Origin: Octopus sinensis
Lineage: Eukaryota
Reading direction: 5' to 3'
DNA: 32,210 nt
Assembly (NCBI RefSeq): GCF_006345805.1
Contig: NW_021829612.1
Span: forward strand, 1-32,210
Position 1 is the first letter of the stretch; each line of letters begins with the position of its first letter. The notes under the pieces were generated by a model. That model saw only the letters and a program-made list of their open reading frames with translations, was not told where the DNA came from and did no database searches. The position numbers and the translations under genes were made by a program. This document shows positions 22,387 to 32,210 of this stretch, piece by piece.

Positions 22387-23360
22387 CGGAAACAAAAATA
22401 GACAATGTCCTGTTGCCCGCTCCTCTTCTGATTCTTGCAACCCACAGCCATCTTGTCTACGGTAGCAGTGTGTAACCGTTCATCTTTCCCCTTGTCCGTC
22501 TCGTGGGCGAATTTTTTTCCCACGAGATTTCCGGACCCCCAGTTATGAACTCATTTGCATACAGCTAATCAGCGCTCAACTATCAAACCAGTTTATGAGC
22601 ACATAACAAGTGATGGGTGATAAGATAAGGTCACTTGGGTAAGGAATGATCATGCTTCTTTTCTCTTTTAATAATGCTTGTAGTTCTTGTTCTTGTTTCA
22701 ACCATGGCTACCTCTGCGTAGTTATTTGTTTTGTTGTTTATTTTGTAAAACAGTAAGGGAGATGATTGCTAGCACATCACCTTCTCCCCACATTTTCCCC
22801 ATGCACATCTTTACCATATGGGGCCTTAACAATATCCGATAATCAGTATAGATGAAAATCTATCTAATTACTTGTCTCCTTCTAAAATCAGGCATAACTT
22901 GGCGATCGATCGACTTACAACGCCGTTCTTTGTCTTGAGTTTACTTGGTAGAGTATGTTTTACCAAGTGATTGGTTGTTTTTAACACATTCATGAATGTT
23001 ATATTGACAACAAGGTCAAGTTAAACTCTGATTGGCTGCTTGCAGACGACTTCATGACTGGGGTCCGCTACTCACGTGGGGAAAAAAATTCACGTTCCTT
23101 CGACACTCACAACAAAGACCATTAGCAGGCATGGTTTCTTTACTGAGTATGAAATTCGTGGAAGCACTGACTTATATGGTTTACAGGGAACTATGAAACT
23201 TTCATTATGTCTAAATTTCTTAGAAATATTGACAAATAGTTAGCTGAATAATTCAACAGTTTCACTGCTTTTCTAATGTTAAATGGATAAAATTTCGTAA
23301 TTGAAAACTACTGAGCTTTTACTTCCACAGTCGCACGCACACTCATATACACGCACACAC
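22387..23360 (+). repeat. Host repeat Y, copy 1, interrupted by a TIR element
   Basis: aacaaaaatagacaatgtcc...gccatcttgtctac and caaagaccattagcaggcat...gaaattcgtggaagcactgac...cgcacgcacactcata align with copy 2. Confidence 0.85.
22507..23093. mobile_element. Mutator-like non-autonomous TIR element 1 (587 bp)
   Basis: TIRs of about 65-70 bp (gcgaatttttttcccacgag...ctaatcag / ctgattgg...cgtggggaaaaaaattcac). Both decayed 9-bp flanks align to the same 9 nt (24913-24921) of the uninterrupted copy. Confidence 0.7.
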
Positions 23361-23376
23361 ACACACACACACCACA

Positions 23377-23407
<31 letters not shown>

Positions 23408-23454
23408 CACTCATATATACACACACACACACACCACACACACACACACACGTA

Positions 23455-23600
23455 TATATATACGACGGGCTTCTTTCAGTTTCCGACTACCAAATCCACC
23501 CACAAGGCTCTGGTCGGCTCGAGGCATTATTTGAAGACACTTGACCAAGGTGCCACACATAGGGATTGAACCCGGAACCATGTGGTTAGGAAGCAAGCCA
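23455..23600 (-). mobile_element. SINE family A head
   Basis: gacgggcttctttcagtttccgactaccaaatccacccacaaggc...gaacccggaaccatgtggttaggaagcaagc. Confidence 0.85.
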
Positions 23601-23774
23601 TACGAACATAAGTAAATACGCACACATGCAGTTGTCGATTTGCAGCCGTTTCAGAGGAACGGTAGCCGCGTCGTTCTCATCAGTCTCAGAGATACTGCAA
23701 AGGCTAAGGACATAAAACCTTCCTTCACACCAAACAAACGGTAACAAAAATAGACAATGTCCTTTTGCCCGCTC

Positions 23775-24818
23775 GCGAAATTTTTTTCCCACGAGATTTC
23801 TGGACCCTAATAATGAAATTCATTTGCATATAACCAATCAGAGCAGAGCCACCTTTATCCTTTCTACCTTTCTAGTCAGTATCGTACATTCTTTACTCTT
23901 TCCCTCTTTCTGGCAGACAGCAACTTCTCCGTCTAGGTTAATGTTTTTTTTTGTTTTTTTTTGTCATTGAAGTGGCTGTGAGGTGTCCTAAAAATAACAG
24001 CTGAATAATATTTTTTGGATAAATCTTGTAAATTAAAGTTTATTTGCCAACATCTCGCTTAGAAATTTAAAACTAACAGTTTTTCTCTTTTAAATTAACA
24101 TAAACATTTATTTACATAAAAGAAAATTACCTGAGAACTTTCATCTAATTTTTCTAAATCAATCTATTAAAAATTGTAATGCGTATATCGCATGTAACAT
24201 GCTGTTTATCGCATATGCATTAAACACTGGTGGTTATAAGGTGTCCAAAAAATTACAGCTGAATAAGATTTATTTGAATGAAATAAAATTACCGAAGATA
24301 TAACACGTTGTTTACAAATATTCTTTTCTACTCAAGGCACAAGGCCTGAATTTTTTTGTGGGGTGGGGTTTTGGGTGGAGGAGACCAGTCGATTAGATCG
24401 TCTCCTGTACGTAACTGATACTTAAGTTTATCGACTCCGAAAGAATGAAAGGCAAAGTCGACCTCAGCGTAGTGCTATTTTCAGAATATTGACAACAGTG
24501 TATTTATAAAGAAATTTGTAACAATAAAGAAATTTGTATTTATAAAACCTTCAAGCAGTTTCCGCACTTTCATATTCGTCCAAAACATCTTTGATTGCTA
24601 TAGTAATTCAAACCTAACGCTAACAAGCTTATGTGTCTAGTATCGATGATATTGGCGTCTGAATGAGAGCGCAATACAAGATTCGCATGGTAACTGGAGG
24701 TCGCCATTTTGAATGCCAACGTTTGTTAACTTGACAAGGTGAAGGTGGGATCTGATTGGCTGTCAGCAAATGAGTACTTTACTGGGGCCCGGAACTCTCG
24801 TGGGAAACAAAATTTCGC
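23775..24818. mobile_element. Mutator-like non-autonomous TIR element 2 (1044 bp) with exact 9-bp TSD
   Basis: Termini gcgaaatttt.../...aaaatttcgc; TSD tgcccgctc at 23766-23774 and 24819-24827; TIRs homologous to element 1. Confidence 0.85.
24325..24470 (-). mobile_element. SINE family B 3' half nested in TIR element 2
   Basis: ttttctactcaaggcacaaggcctg...gaaagaatgaaaggcaaagtcgacctc. Confidence 0.8.
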
Positions 24819-25523
24819 TGCCCGCTCCTCCTCTTCTGGTTCTTACAACCCACCGCCATCTTGTCTACTAATATAAGTAGCAGTGGGTGACCTTTTGTCT
24901 TTCACTTTGTCCGTCCCACCGACATTTGCAACAAAGGCCATTAGCAGGCATAGTTTCTTCACTGTGTATGAAATTCGTGGAAGCACTGACTCATATGGTT
25001 TACAGTGAACTATGAAACTATTTCTAAATTTCTTAGAACTTTCAGTATGTCTAAATTTCTTAGAAATATTGACAGGTTCTTAGCTGAATACTCACCATTT
25101 AACTGTTTTCTTTTCCTAATGACAAATAAATAAAACCGCGCAATTGGAAACTACAGAGCTTTTTCTTTCACAGCCGCACGCACACTCATATATACGTACA
25201 CACACACATACAAACACACACGCACGCACAGTCACACACACACACTGCACGCACACACACTCACAATTGTATGCGTGTATCATATATATGCGCACATTAG
25301 TGGCGTAGATAATAGGGTGACAAGGGGAACGATCGCTCCTCCCATCTACATTTTTGAAAATTCGCACCTTTTCAACAATCTTTTTATTAACTCACTAATT
25401 TACTTGTGCGATAAGAATCGAATCTCATTTTTATTTTCATTGCATGGGCCTGGAATGGCTTTGTGAGGTCATTGCCGCATTTGAGCAACCTTCTGAGATT
25501 TTGAACTGTCAACTCGCTTGTCT

Positions 25524-25567
<44 letters not shown>

Positions 25568-25834
25568 ATATATATAATATATAGAGAGAGAGAGAGGAGA
25601 GAGAGAGATGAATGTGTGTGTGCATGTGTGTGCGTGAGGTTGCTTGACCTAGTAGTTGGGGTGTTGCATTTCCGGACAAGGATATGAGGTAAAATAAGAA
25701 CAGTAATAAAAGAGTGAAGAACGAACTATAGCGCGTGTTTATTTGGGAAAGAAAAAAAAATGATCATCCCGAAATATAACAATATCTGTTTCAACACACG
25801 GTTTCACATCAGGATCCTGCAGCACAAATTCATT

Positions 25835-26148
<314 letters not shown>

Positions 26149-26171
26149 TTGTGTGCTTCTATGTTTGCCGG

Positions 26172-26455
26172 CTAGAATTGGCAATCTTCGCTGTGATTAA
26201 TTTGTACCCTCCAAATTATAGGAGCAGCAAATTCTATAGACACTTTGCTATTTGTAAACGTCTTGTTAAGTTTTTGTACATTCTTTGCAAAAACATATGG
26301 TGTCCATATTTTGTCATGATCACCAATGGCACATCCGAAATAAACATAATAAATCTTGTTAATGCGGTTTTTGTAACGTTCCATCGGTGTTCTACTTAAG
26401 TCAATTTGTCACAAATATAACGGAACTCGTCAGTTATATTTGAATGTATGATGCA
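26172..26455 (-). pseudogene. N-terminal fragment of a Chapaev3-like (CMC superfamily) DNA transposase
   Basis: Minus frames give TDEFRYICDKLT*VEHRWNVT, then YYVYFGCAIGDHDKIWTPYV, shifted CKEC, and EFAAPIIWRVQINHSEDCQF. This matches the recalled PDxFCYICG...YFGxxxGDQDKxWAPH..CxxC...PMIWREPxNHxxDCYFC motif. Confidence 0.72.
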
Positions 26456-26571
26456 TTGTACTCTTTCGTGTATGTGTAGATTACAGACAATTGTGTATTA
26501 AACAATTTCCGTTATTAACACACACCTTTAGATAACAAACCTGGACGTATTAATAACACGCACCAAGTATG

Positions 26572-27572
26572 GATCCAGGGCATCCGTACACTACAAGTCG
26601 ACCTTCATTGGACGATACCTCAGCTTTAATTTCCACCATCCATACAGTGTAAAGAGAGGGATTGCTCAGTGTCTAACACATCGAGCAAAGAATGTAAGTT
26701 GCGATCGTGATACCCACCATGAAGAAATGATCAAGCTCAGTAACAATCTATTAAGCAACAGTTACCCCAAAAACATACTATCCATTCCAATTATGAAGAA
26801 AAGAGAAGATGAAACCAATAAACTGTCCACATACTTTCTACCCTATATGAAAGGCCTCTCCGAAAAGATACAAATGATATGCAGCCCATAGGACATCAGG
26901 ACAGTATTTAAGAGAAATACAACACTTCGTGAACATCTCCTTCGAATAAGACCACCGATAGAAGAGAATATGATCAAAAACTGCGTGTACTCTATCCCAT
27001 GCAGCTGTGGTAGGTTATACACAGGCGAAACACACTACCCTCTCAAAATAAGGGTAGAGGAATATCGCAAAGCTGTGACACGAGGAGATATTGATAAATC
27101 GGGTATAGCTGATCATGTATGGAAAAATGGAGATCACTCCTCCTGTGAGATGAAGTAAAAATAATAGAGAACACCATTGGAAAATACGAAAACTAAAAGA
27201 AGCAGCACATATGCTAGGACATAATAACCTCCTAAGCAAACCTAGGGCAGATATGAATAGCATATGGGAACCGGTATTAAGGAAGGATAGGAAAATATTA
27301 GATTTATAAGTCCTAAAATTCACTCCATAATTGCCCACAGGCATAAGGCATAGGGGTTAAGAGTGCGGCCTACTAACTCCAAGATTCCGAGTTCGATTCC
27401 AGGCAGTGACCTGAATAATAATAATAATAATAATAATCGAAAATACCTTAGGAATGAGAACCCAGGTTCGAAATCTCCCCAAGACATCTTATGAAGGCTG
27501 GGGGGTATATCAACCGAAACGTTGTATTAATAACAAACAAGATGAGGACAAATATCTGGCAAATGTAAATAA
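26572..27572 (+). mobile_element. 5'-truncated Penelope-like element: RT thumb plus GIY-YIG remnant (26572-27308) and 3' region
   Basis: SVHYKSTFIGRYLSFNFHHPYSVKRGIAQCLTHRA..LPYMKGLSEKI..*..NCVYSIPCSCGRLYTGETHYPLKIRVEEY..SGIADHVW, frameshift, HWKIRKLKEAAHM. Confidence 0.9.
27484..27525 (+). ncRNA. Decayed hammerhead-like motif in the Penelope 3' region
   Basis: acat-CTTATGA-A-GGCTG(gggggtatat)CAACC-GAA-ACGT-T-gtat; same topology as the other motifs, with one core and one stem II mismatch. Confidence 0.6.
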
Positions 27573-27574
27573 TG

Positions 27575-27745
27575 TATATATACGACGGGCTTCGTGCAGT
27601 ATCCATCTACCAAATCCACTCACAAGGCGTTAGTCGGCTCGAAGCTATAGTAGAAGACAGTAGCTCAAAGTGCCACGCAGCAGGACTGATTCGGAATCAT
27701 ATGGTTGAGAAACAAACTTCTTACCACGCAACCACGCCTGCGCTT
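27575..27745 (-). mobile_element. SINE family A head
   Basis: cgacgggcttc...ccaaatccactcacaaggc...ttcttaccacgcaaccacgcctgcgc. Confidence 0.85.
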
Positions 27746-27969
27746 ACATTGTTAAATTATATGAACTACAATTTTATCGCTTCATGTTATAATTTTCTCT
27801 AGTATAGGAACAAGACCTGAAATTTGGGGAAGAGAGAAGTTGGTAATTCTTTTATCACCGCTGAAAGGTTGAAAGGCAAAATTGGCCTTGGCAGGATTTG
27901 AACTCAGGACATAAAGAGCCCTAAGAAATGTCGCTAATCACTTCGCCGACGCGCTAGCGATTCTGTTTC

Positions 27970-28196
27970 TTTATTACCCACATGGGGCTAAATATTGAGG
28001 GGACAAACAAGGACAGACAAGCGGATTAAGTCGATTATATCGACCCCAGTGCGTAACTGGTACTTAATTTATCAACCCCGAAAGGATGAAAGGCAAAGTC
28101 GAACTCGGCGGAATTTGAACTTAGAACGTAACGGCAGACGAAATACAGCTACGCATTTCGCCCGGCGTGCTAACGTTTCTGCCAGCTCGCCGCCTT
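27970..28196 (-). mobile_element. SINE family B, well preserved (decayed copy adjacent at about 27800-27960)
   Basis: Minus strand aaggcggcgagctggcagaaacgttagcacgccgggcgaaatgcg...gttctaagttcaaattccgccgag...gactttgcctttcatcctttcgggg. Confidence 0.9.
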
Positions 28197-28277
28197 CTTC
28201 ATCTTATAACGACGGAGAAAATGGTCGAAGATTAACTAAGGGATATTTTTCATATGTTTTTTACAATTATATATGGT

Positions 28278-28650
28278 GGGAGGGAAGCACTCCGTCGATT
28301 ACGACGATGAGTGTTCCGGTTGATCCGAATCAACGGAACAGCCTGCTCGTGAAATTAACGTGTAAGTGGCTGAGCACTCCACAGACACGTGCACCCTTAA
28401 CGTAGTTCTCGGGGATATTCAGCGTGACACAGAGAGTGACAAGGCCGGCCCCTTGAAATACAGGTACAACAGAAACAGGAAGTAAGAGTGAGAGAAAGTT
28501 GTGGTGAAAGAGTACAGCAGGGATCACCACCATCCCCTGCCGGAGCCTCATGGAGCTTTTTTAGGTGTTTTCGCTCAATAAACACTCACAACGCCCGGTC
28601 TGGGAATCGAAACCGCGATCCTTGACCGCGAGTCCGCTGCCCTAACCACT
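28278..28650 (-). mobile_element. tRNA-derived SINE family C1 (tRNA-Arg-like head)
   Basis: Minus strand head agtggttagggcagcggactcgcggtcaaggatcgcggtttcgattcccag; 3' half shared with C2; probable TSD tatatatggt (28268-28277 / 28654-28663). Confidence 0.85.
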
Positions 28651-28925
28651 TTATATATATGGTTCCAGAGAAATGAAATTATTGTGTGTAGCTTGATTTG
28701 TAATGTGGGTGTGTTGATAGAGATTGTAAGACAAAAAGAAAATTTAATTGTGATACTATTATGATATTTGTAATCTTATCTCTATTTATTATTTTTTGTA
28801 CCAGGATGTAATGTGTCCAATGCAGTCCGTCTGATAGTGTCTGGGAGTGTTTTAAGATGATGTAGGTAAACTGGAAGTAAATGGCTAGTAGAATAGTGGT
28901 GGTGTTGGCTGGTGTATGTATGCGT

Positions 28926-29027
<102 letters not shown>

Positions 29028-29439
29028 TGGCTTTGCCGAACTGGATAAAAGTACTTATGATCTACGGGTTTGTTATGGGACAGGAATAAACTATTGCTGA
29101 TAAACGAACAACATATTGGAGAAACTCGCGAGTAACAGGCCAAAGGATTAGCCATACATACATACATACATACATACATACAGACAGACAGACAGACAGA
29201 ACTGGCAGAAATATGGTTTCAGGCGATGCAACACGAAGGCGTCTACTTCGAATGCTAGGATGCTTTTGTTGTGAATTGACGAATAAAGCAAATAAGTTAC
29301 CAAAAAAGGCTAATTAATTGCGGTATTCGTCCGGGATAGCACCTTCCATAGATCTATGGTGCTAAAATTTTCAGTAATATATCAATAGCAGAAGAAAATC
29401 TGACTTTGTTATGTATATGCTCCAGAGAAATTGTAAATT

Positions 29440-30006
29440 CCTCGGCGGAATTTGAACTCAGAACGTAGCGGCTGACGAAATACGTCTACGCATTTCGCCC
29501 GGCGTAGCCGTATTTCGTCTGCCGTTACGTTCTAAGTTCAAATTCCGCCGAGGTCGATTTTGCCTTTCATCCTTTCGGGGCTCGATTACATAAGTAATAG
29601 TTACGCACTAGGCTCGATGTAATCGACTTAATCCGTTTGTCGGTCCTTGTTTGTCCCCTCTGTGTGTAGACCCTTGTGGGTAGTAAAGAAATAGGTATTT
29701 CATCTGCCGCTACCTTCTGAGTTCAAATTCTGCCGAGGTCGACTTTGCCTTTCATCGTTTCGGGGTCGATTAAATAAGTACCAGTTATGCACTGGAGTCG
29801 ATATAATCTACTTAATCCGTTTATCTATCCTTGTTTGTCCTCTCTATGTTTAGCCCCTTGTGGGTAGTAAATAAATAGGTATTTCGTCTGCCGCTACGTT
29901 CTGAGTTCAAATTCTGCCGAAGTCGACTTTGCCTTTCATCCTTTCGGGGCCGATAAATACCAGCTGAACACTAGGGTCGATATAATCGACTATCCCCCTC
30001 CTCGAA
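29440..30006 (+). repeat. Head-to-tail array of SINE B units (about 184 bp) preceded by an inverted head fragment
   Basis: Units start with gtatttc at 29510, 29695 and 29879; 29440-29484 is the reverse complement of 29509-29553. Confidence 0.9.
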
Positions 30007-30439
30007 ATGTATACCACCAATGCTTATAGGATGAAGCTATTGGTCAGTAGCGACCCGCGTCAAACTTATAGCGGAACTAAATTACACTGGACTGATGTTA
30101 CGAGGATGTATATTAGAAATGGAAGGCAGGAGGGATAGAAAAATTGTTAGTAAAAAGAAAACGGAGGATCAAACCCGGAAGCATGGGTTTAAGAAGCAAA
30201 TCACCATAATCTCACAGCCATATCCCTTCTCATTTATTTTTGAGATACGCAGATGCAAATTAATACACTCAACGCACAATCTCTCTCTCTCAACTTGCAC
30301 ACATACACACGCGCACACACACACACTCACACATACACATACACACACACCAGAGAAAGGAAAAGGAGACCTTCCATCTTTCTCGAAGTTAGAAATAACC
30401 CCGTTCATTGCAACATTCCACGACCGTACTAACATCCGT

Positions 30440-31130
30440 CAGCCTCCCTTACGCATCCTCAAGCACCCACCCAGACAGGCAGCCAAGAATGGATCTTGTT
30501 AAGCAATTAAAGTTCTCGAAGTACATCTCGCTAACGACACTCCGTCCAAACGTAGTCATCGTCTCAGATTCCACCAACGCAGGTAATCATTAATCAAGCA
30601 GGAAGTGAATGTGCCCTGGGAAGAACATATGGGAGTTGCTCACGAAAAAAAAAACATTGCTAGATACCACGAACTGGTTGAACACCAGAAGCCAAGGCAG
30701 TGAGGGCGCGTGGCTTAGTGGTTAGGGCATTCGGCTCATGATCGTAAGGTTGTGAGTTCGATTCCCGGCGACGCGTTGTGTCCTTGAGCAAGACACTTTA
30801 TTTCACGTTGCTCCAATCCACTCAGCTGGCAAAAATGAGTTGTACTTGTATTTCAAAGGGTCGGCCTTGTCACTCTCTGTGTCACGCTGATTATCCCCGA
30901 GAACTATGTTAAGGGTACACGTGTCTGTGGAATGCTCAGCCATTTGCACGTTAATTTCACGAGCAGGCTGTTCCGTTGATCGTATCAGCTGGGACCCTCG
31001 TCGTCGTAACCGGCGGAGTCTTTTTTTTAAGAAGCCAAGGCCGGTGGATTCATTGTGAGCTAATTGAAGCAAGTTGATGGAGGCGATGTGATGCGATCAC
31101 ACTTCAAACTGATGTGAAGAGTAGACAAAA
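30440..31130 (+). pseudogene. HERO/NeSL-like RLE retrotransposon 3' fragment, split by a SINE
   Basis: DLVKQLKFSKYISLTTLRPNVVIVSDST..EVNVPWEEHMGVAHE..RYHELVE, then after the SINE GRWIHCELIEAS. Matches the recalled DLxxQLxFP..TxLRPDIV..ELTVPWEE..AHERK..KY..GW..C.PIEVG motif. Confidence 0.75.
30699..31029 (+). mobile_element. Full-length tRNA-derived SINE family C2 with 12-bp TSD
   Basis: A box tggcttagtggttagg, B box gagttcgattccc, poly-T end; TSD agaagccaaggc at 30687-30698 and 31030-31041. Confidence 0.92.
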
Positions 31131-31298
31131 AAGGTGCAGGTGCTTGTTTTATTGAGAAAGTAGATGCGAGTGCTTTTTGAAATTGAGCGTAGGGTTGTAT
31201 ATCTGTTACATTTATGAGTATGTGTCTGAAAGAATTTTTCGGGCCTTTCGGTGTCCATGTAAGTGTGCGCCCGTATGTGTGTGATTGTGATTGTGTGC

Positions 31299-31351
<53 letters not shown>

Positions 31352-31363
31352 CTCCGTCTGTAA

Positions 31364-31920
31364 TTAATCATCCAGGAACTGAATGCGGTCTGGGAAGAAC
31401 ATGGAAATAGCTCACGAGAAGAGGAATTTCAACCGTGTTTCGTGGTCTGCTACCACAACAGCTCCTTTATAGGATCCAGTTAGATCAAGACATCATCAGG
31501 AGGAACCACGTCCGGTTTCAGCCCCTACTCCTCTACAGTTTTGACGTGCCCCCCCTCCTTTCGGAGGTGTCTTCAGCTCTGGTATTGGGTGCATGTCTTC
31601 TTTCTTCTGTTCCCTGGCCTCTTCAATGTAGCGTCAACGAGTGTCAGCGGGCGACTGACTGTCTTGTCAAATGTTTTCCCTTTAAATTAAAAAAATTAAT
31701 CATGCAAGAACTGAATGTGGTCTGGGAAGAACGTGGGAATAGCTCACGAGAAAAAAAAACATTGCTAGATACCAGATAACTGGTTGAGCACCAGAAGCCG
31801 AAGCCGGTGGACTCATTGTGAGCCAATGGAAGCAACTTTATGGAGTCGATATGATGTAATCACCTGGCAAACTGATGTGAAGAGTCGACAGAAAAGGTGC
31901 AGATACTTGTTTTATATATC
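31364..31920 (+). repeat. Further copies of the HERO-like fragment (31364-31420 partial; 31696-31920 lacking the SINE) around a 275-bp insert
   Basis: ttaatcat..gaactgaatg.ggtctgggaagaac...atagctcacgagaa is repeated; 31696-31920 parallels 30590-31130 minus the SINE. Confidence 0.85.
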
Positions 31921-31970
31921 TGAGAGGAAAGATTGTATAGGTGCTTTGGAGTATGTGAATGTGTATATGT

Positions 31971-32111
31971 CAAGGCGGCGAGCTGGCAGAAACGTTAGCA
32001 TGCCAGGCGAAATGCTTAGCGCTATTTCGTCTGCCGTTACGTTCTGGGTTCAAATTCTGCCGAGCTCAACTTTGCCTTTCATCCTTTCGGGGTCGATAAA
32101 TTAAGTACCAG

Positions 32112-32112
<1 letters not shown>
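31971..32112 (+). mobile_element. SINE family B 5' half
   Basis: aaggcggcgagctggcagaaacgttagc...gggttcaaattctgccgag...ggggtcgataaattaagtaccagt, ending in (TA)n. Confidence 0.9.
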
Positions 32113-32150
<38 letters not shown>

Positions 32151-32154
<4 letters not shown>

Positions 32155-32210
32155 GAATTCACAAAAAAACTAACCACGAAGATGGGTGTGTAAACAACAT
32201 ACAGATGTAT
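32151..32210 (-). mobile_element. Third copy of element E, cut by the window end
   Basis: gtgagaattcacaaaaaaac...cgaaga...aaacaacatacagatgtat matches 7115-7175 and again follows (TA)n. Confidence 0.75.

Larger units (their letters stand above)
23738..25200 (+). repeat. Host repeat Y, copy 2, interrupted by a TIR element
   Basis: Homologous to 22387-23360; has a small internal duplication (tctaaatttcttagaa twice). Confidence 0.85.

Noticed and set aside
25788-25812. Minus-strand ctgatgtgaaaccgtgtgttgaaac as a sixth hammerhead
   Set aside because: A9 is mutated, stem II has only 3 bp and stem I does not pair; too degenerate to count, although its context next to (TA)n is similar.
27343-27410. 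A true tRNA gene (also considered for the SINE heads at 28600-28650, 30703-30770 and 31971-32060)
   Set aside because: A and B boxes are present, but no complete cloverleaf acceptor stem is evident and the sequences continue into repeat bodies.

Overview
Non-genic, repeat-saturated eukaryotic DNA. The SINE families and microsatellite density look like an octopus (coleoid cephalopod) genome; this is an inference from recall, not a search result. No host protein-coding exon, rRNA or true tRNA gene is supportable, and almost all listed ORFs are microsatellite artefacts. The window is a nested transposon landscape: three or four tRNA-derived SINE families; several restriction-like-endonuclease (RLE) non-LTR retrotransposon 3' fragments (R4/Dong-like and HERO-like); an RTE 3' end; a Penelope-like RT/GIY-YIG remnant; a Chapaev-type transposase remnant; a Helitron-like non-autonomous element; and two Mutator-like TIR elements. 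Most notable: (1) a complete, TSD-flanked retroelement of about 1.73 kb that encodes only a gag-like ORF1 and sits in a SINE tRNA head; (2) five minimal hammerhead-ribozyme-like motifs in four sequence-divergent short elements, with conserved topology and a compensatory stem change; (3) two independent 9-bp-TSD Mutator-like insertions into two copies of the same host repeat; (4) a 761-bp near-perfect palindrome whose arms differ almost only by indels.
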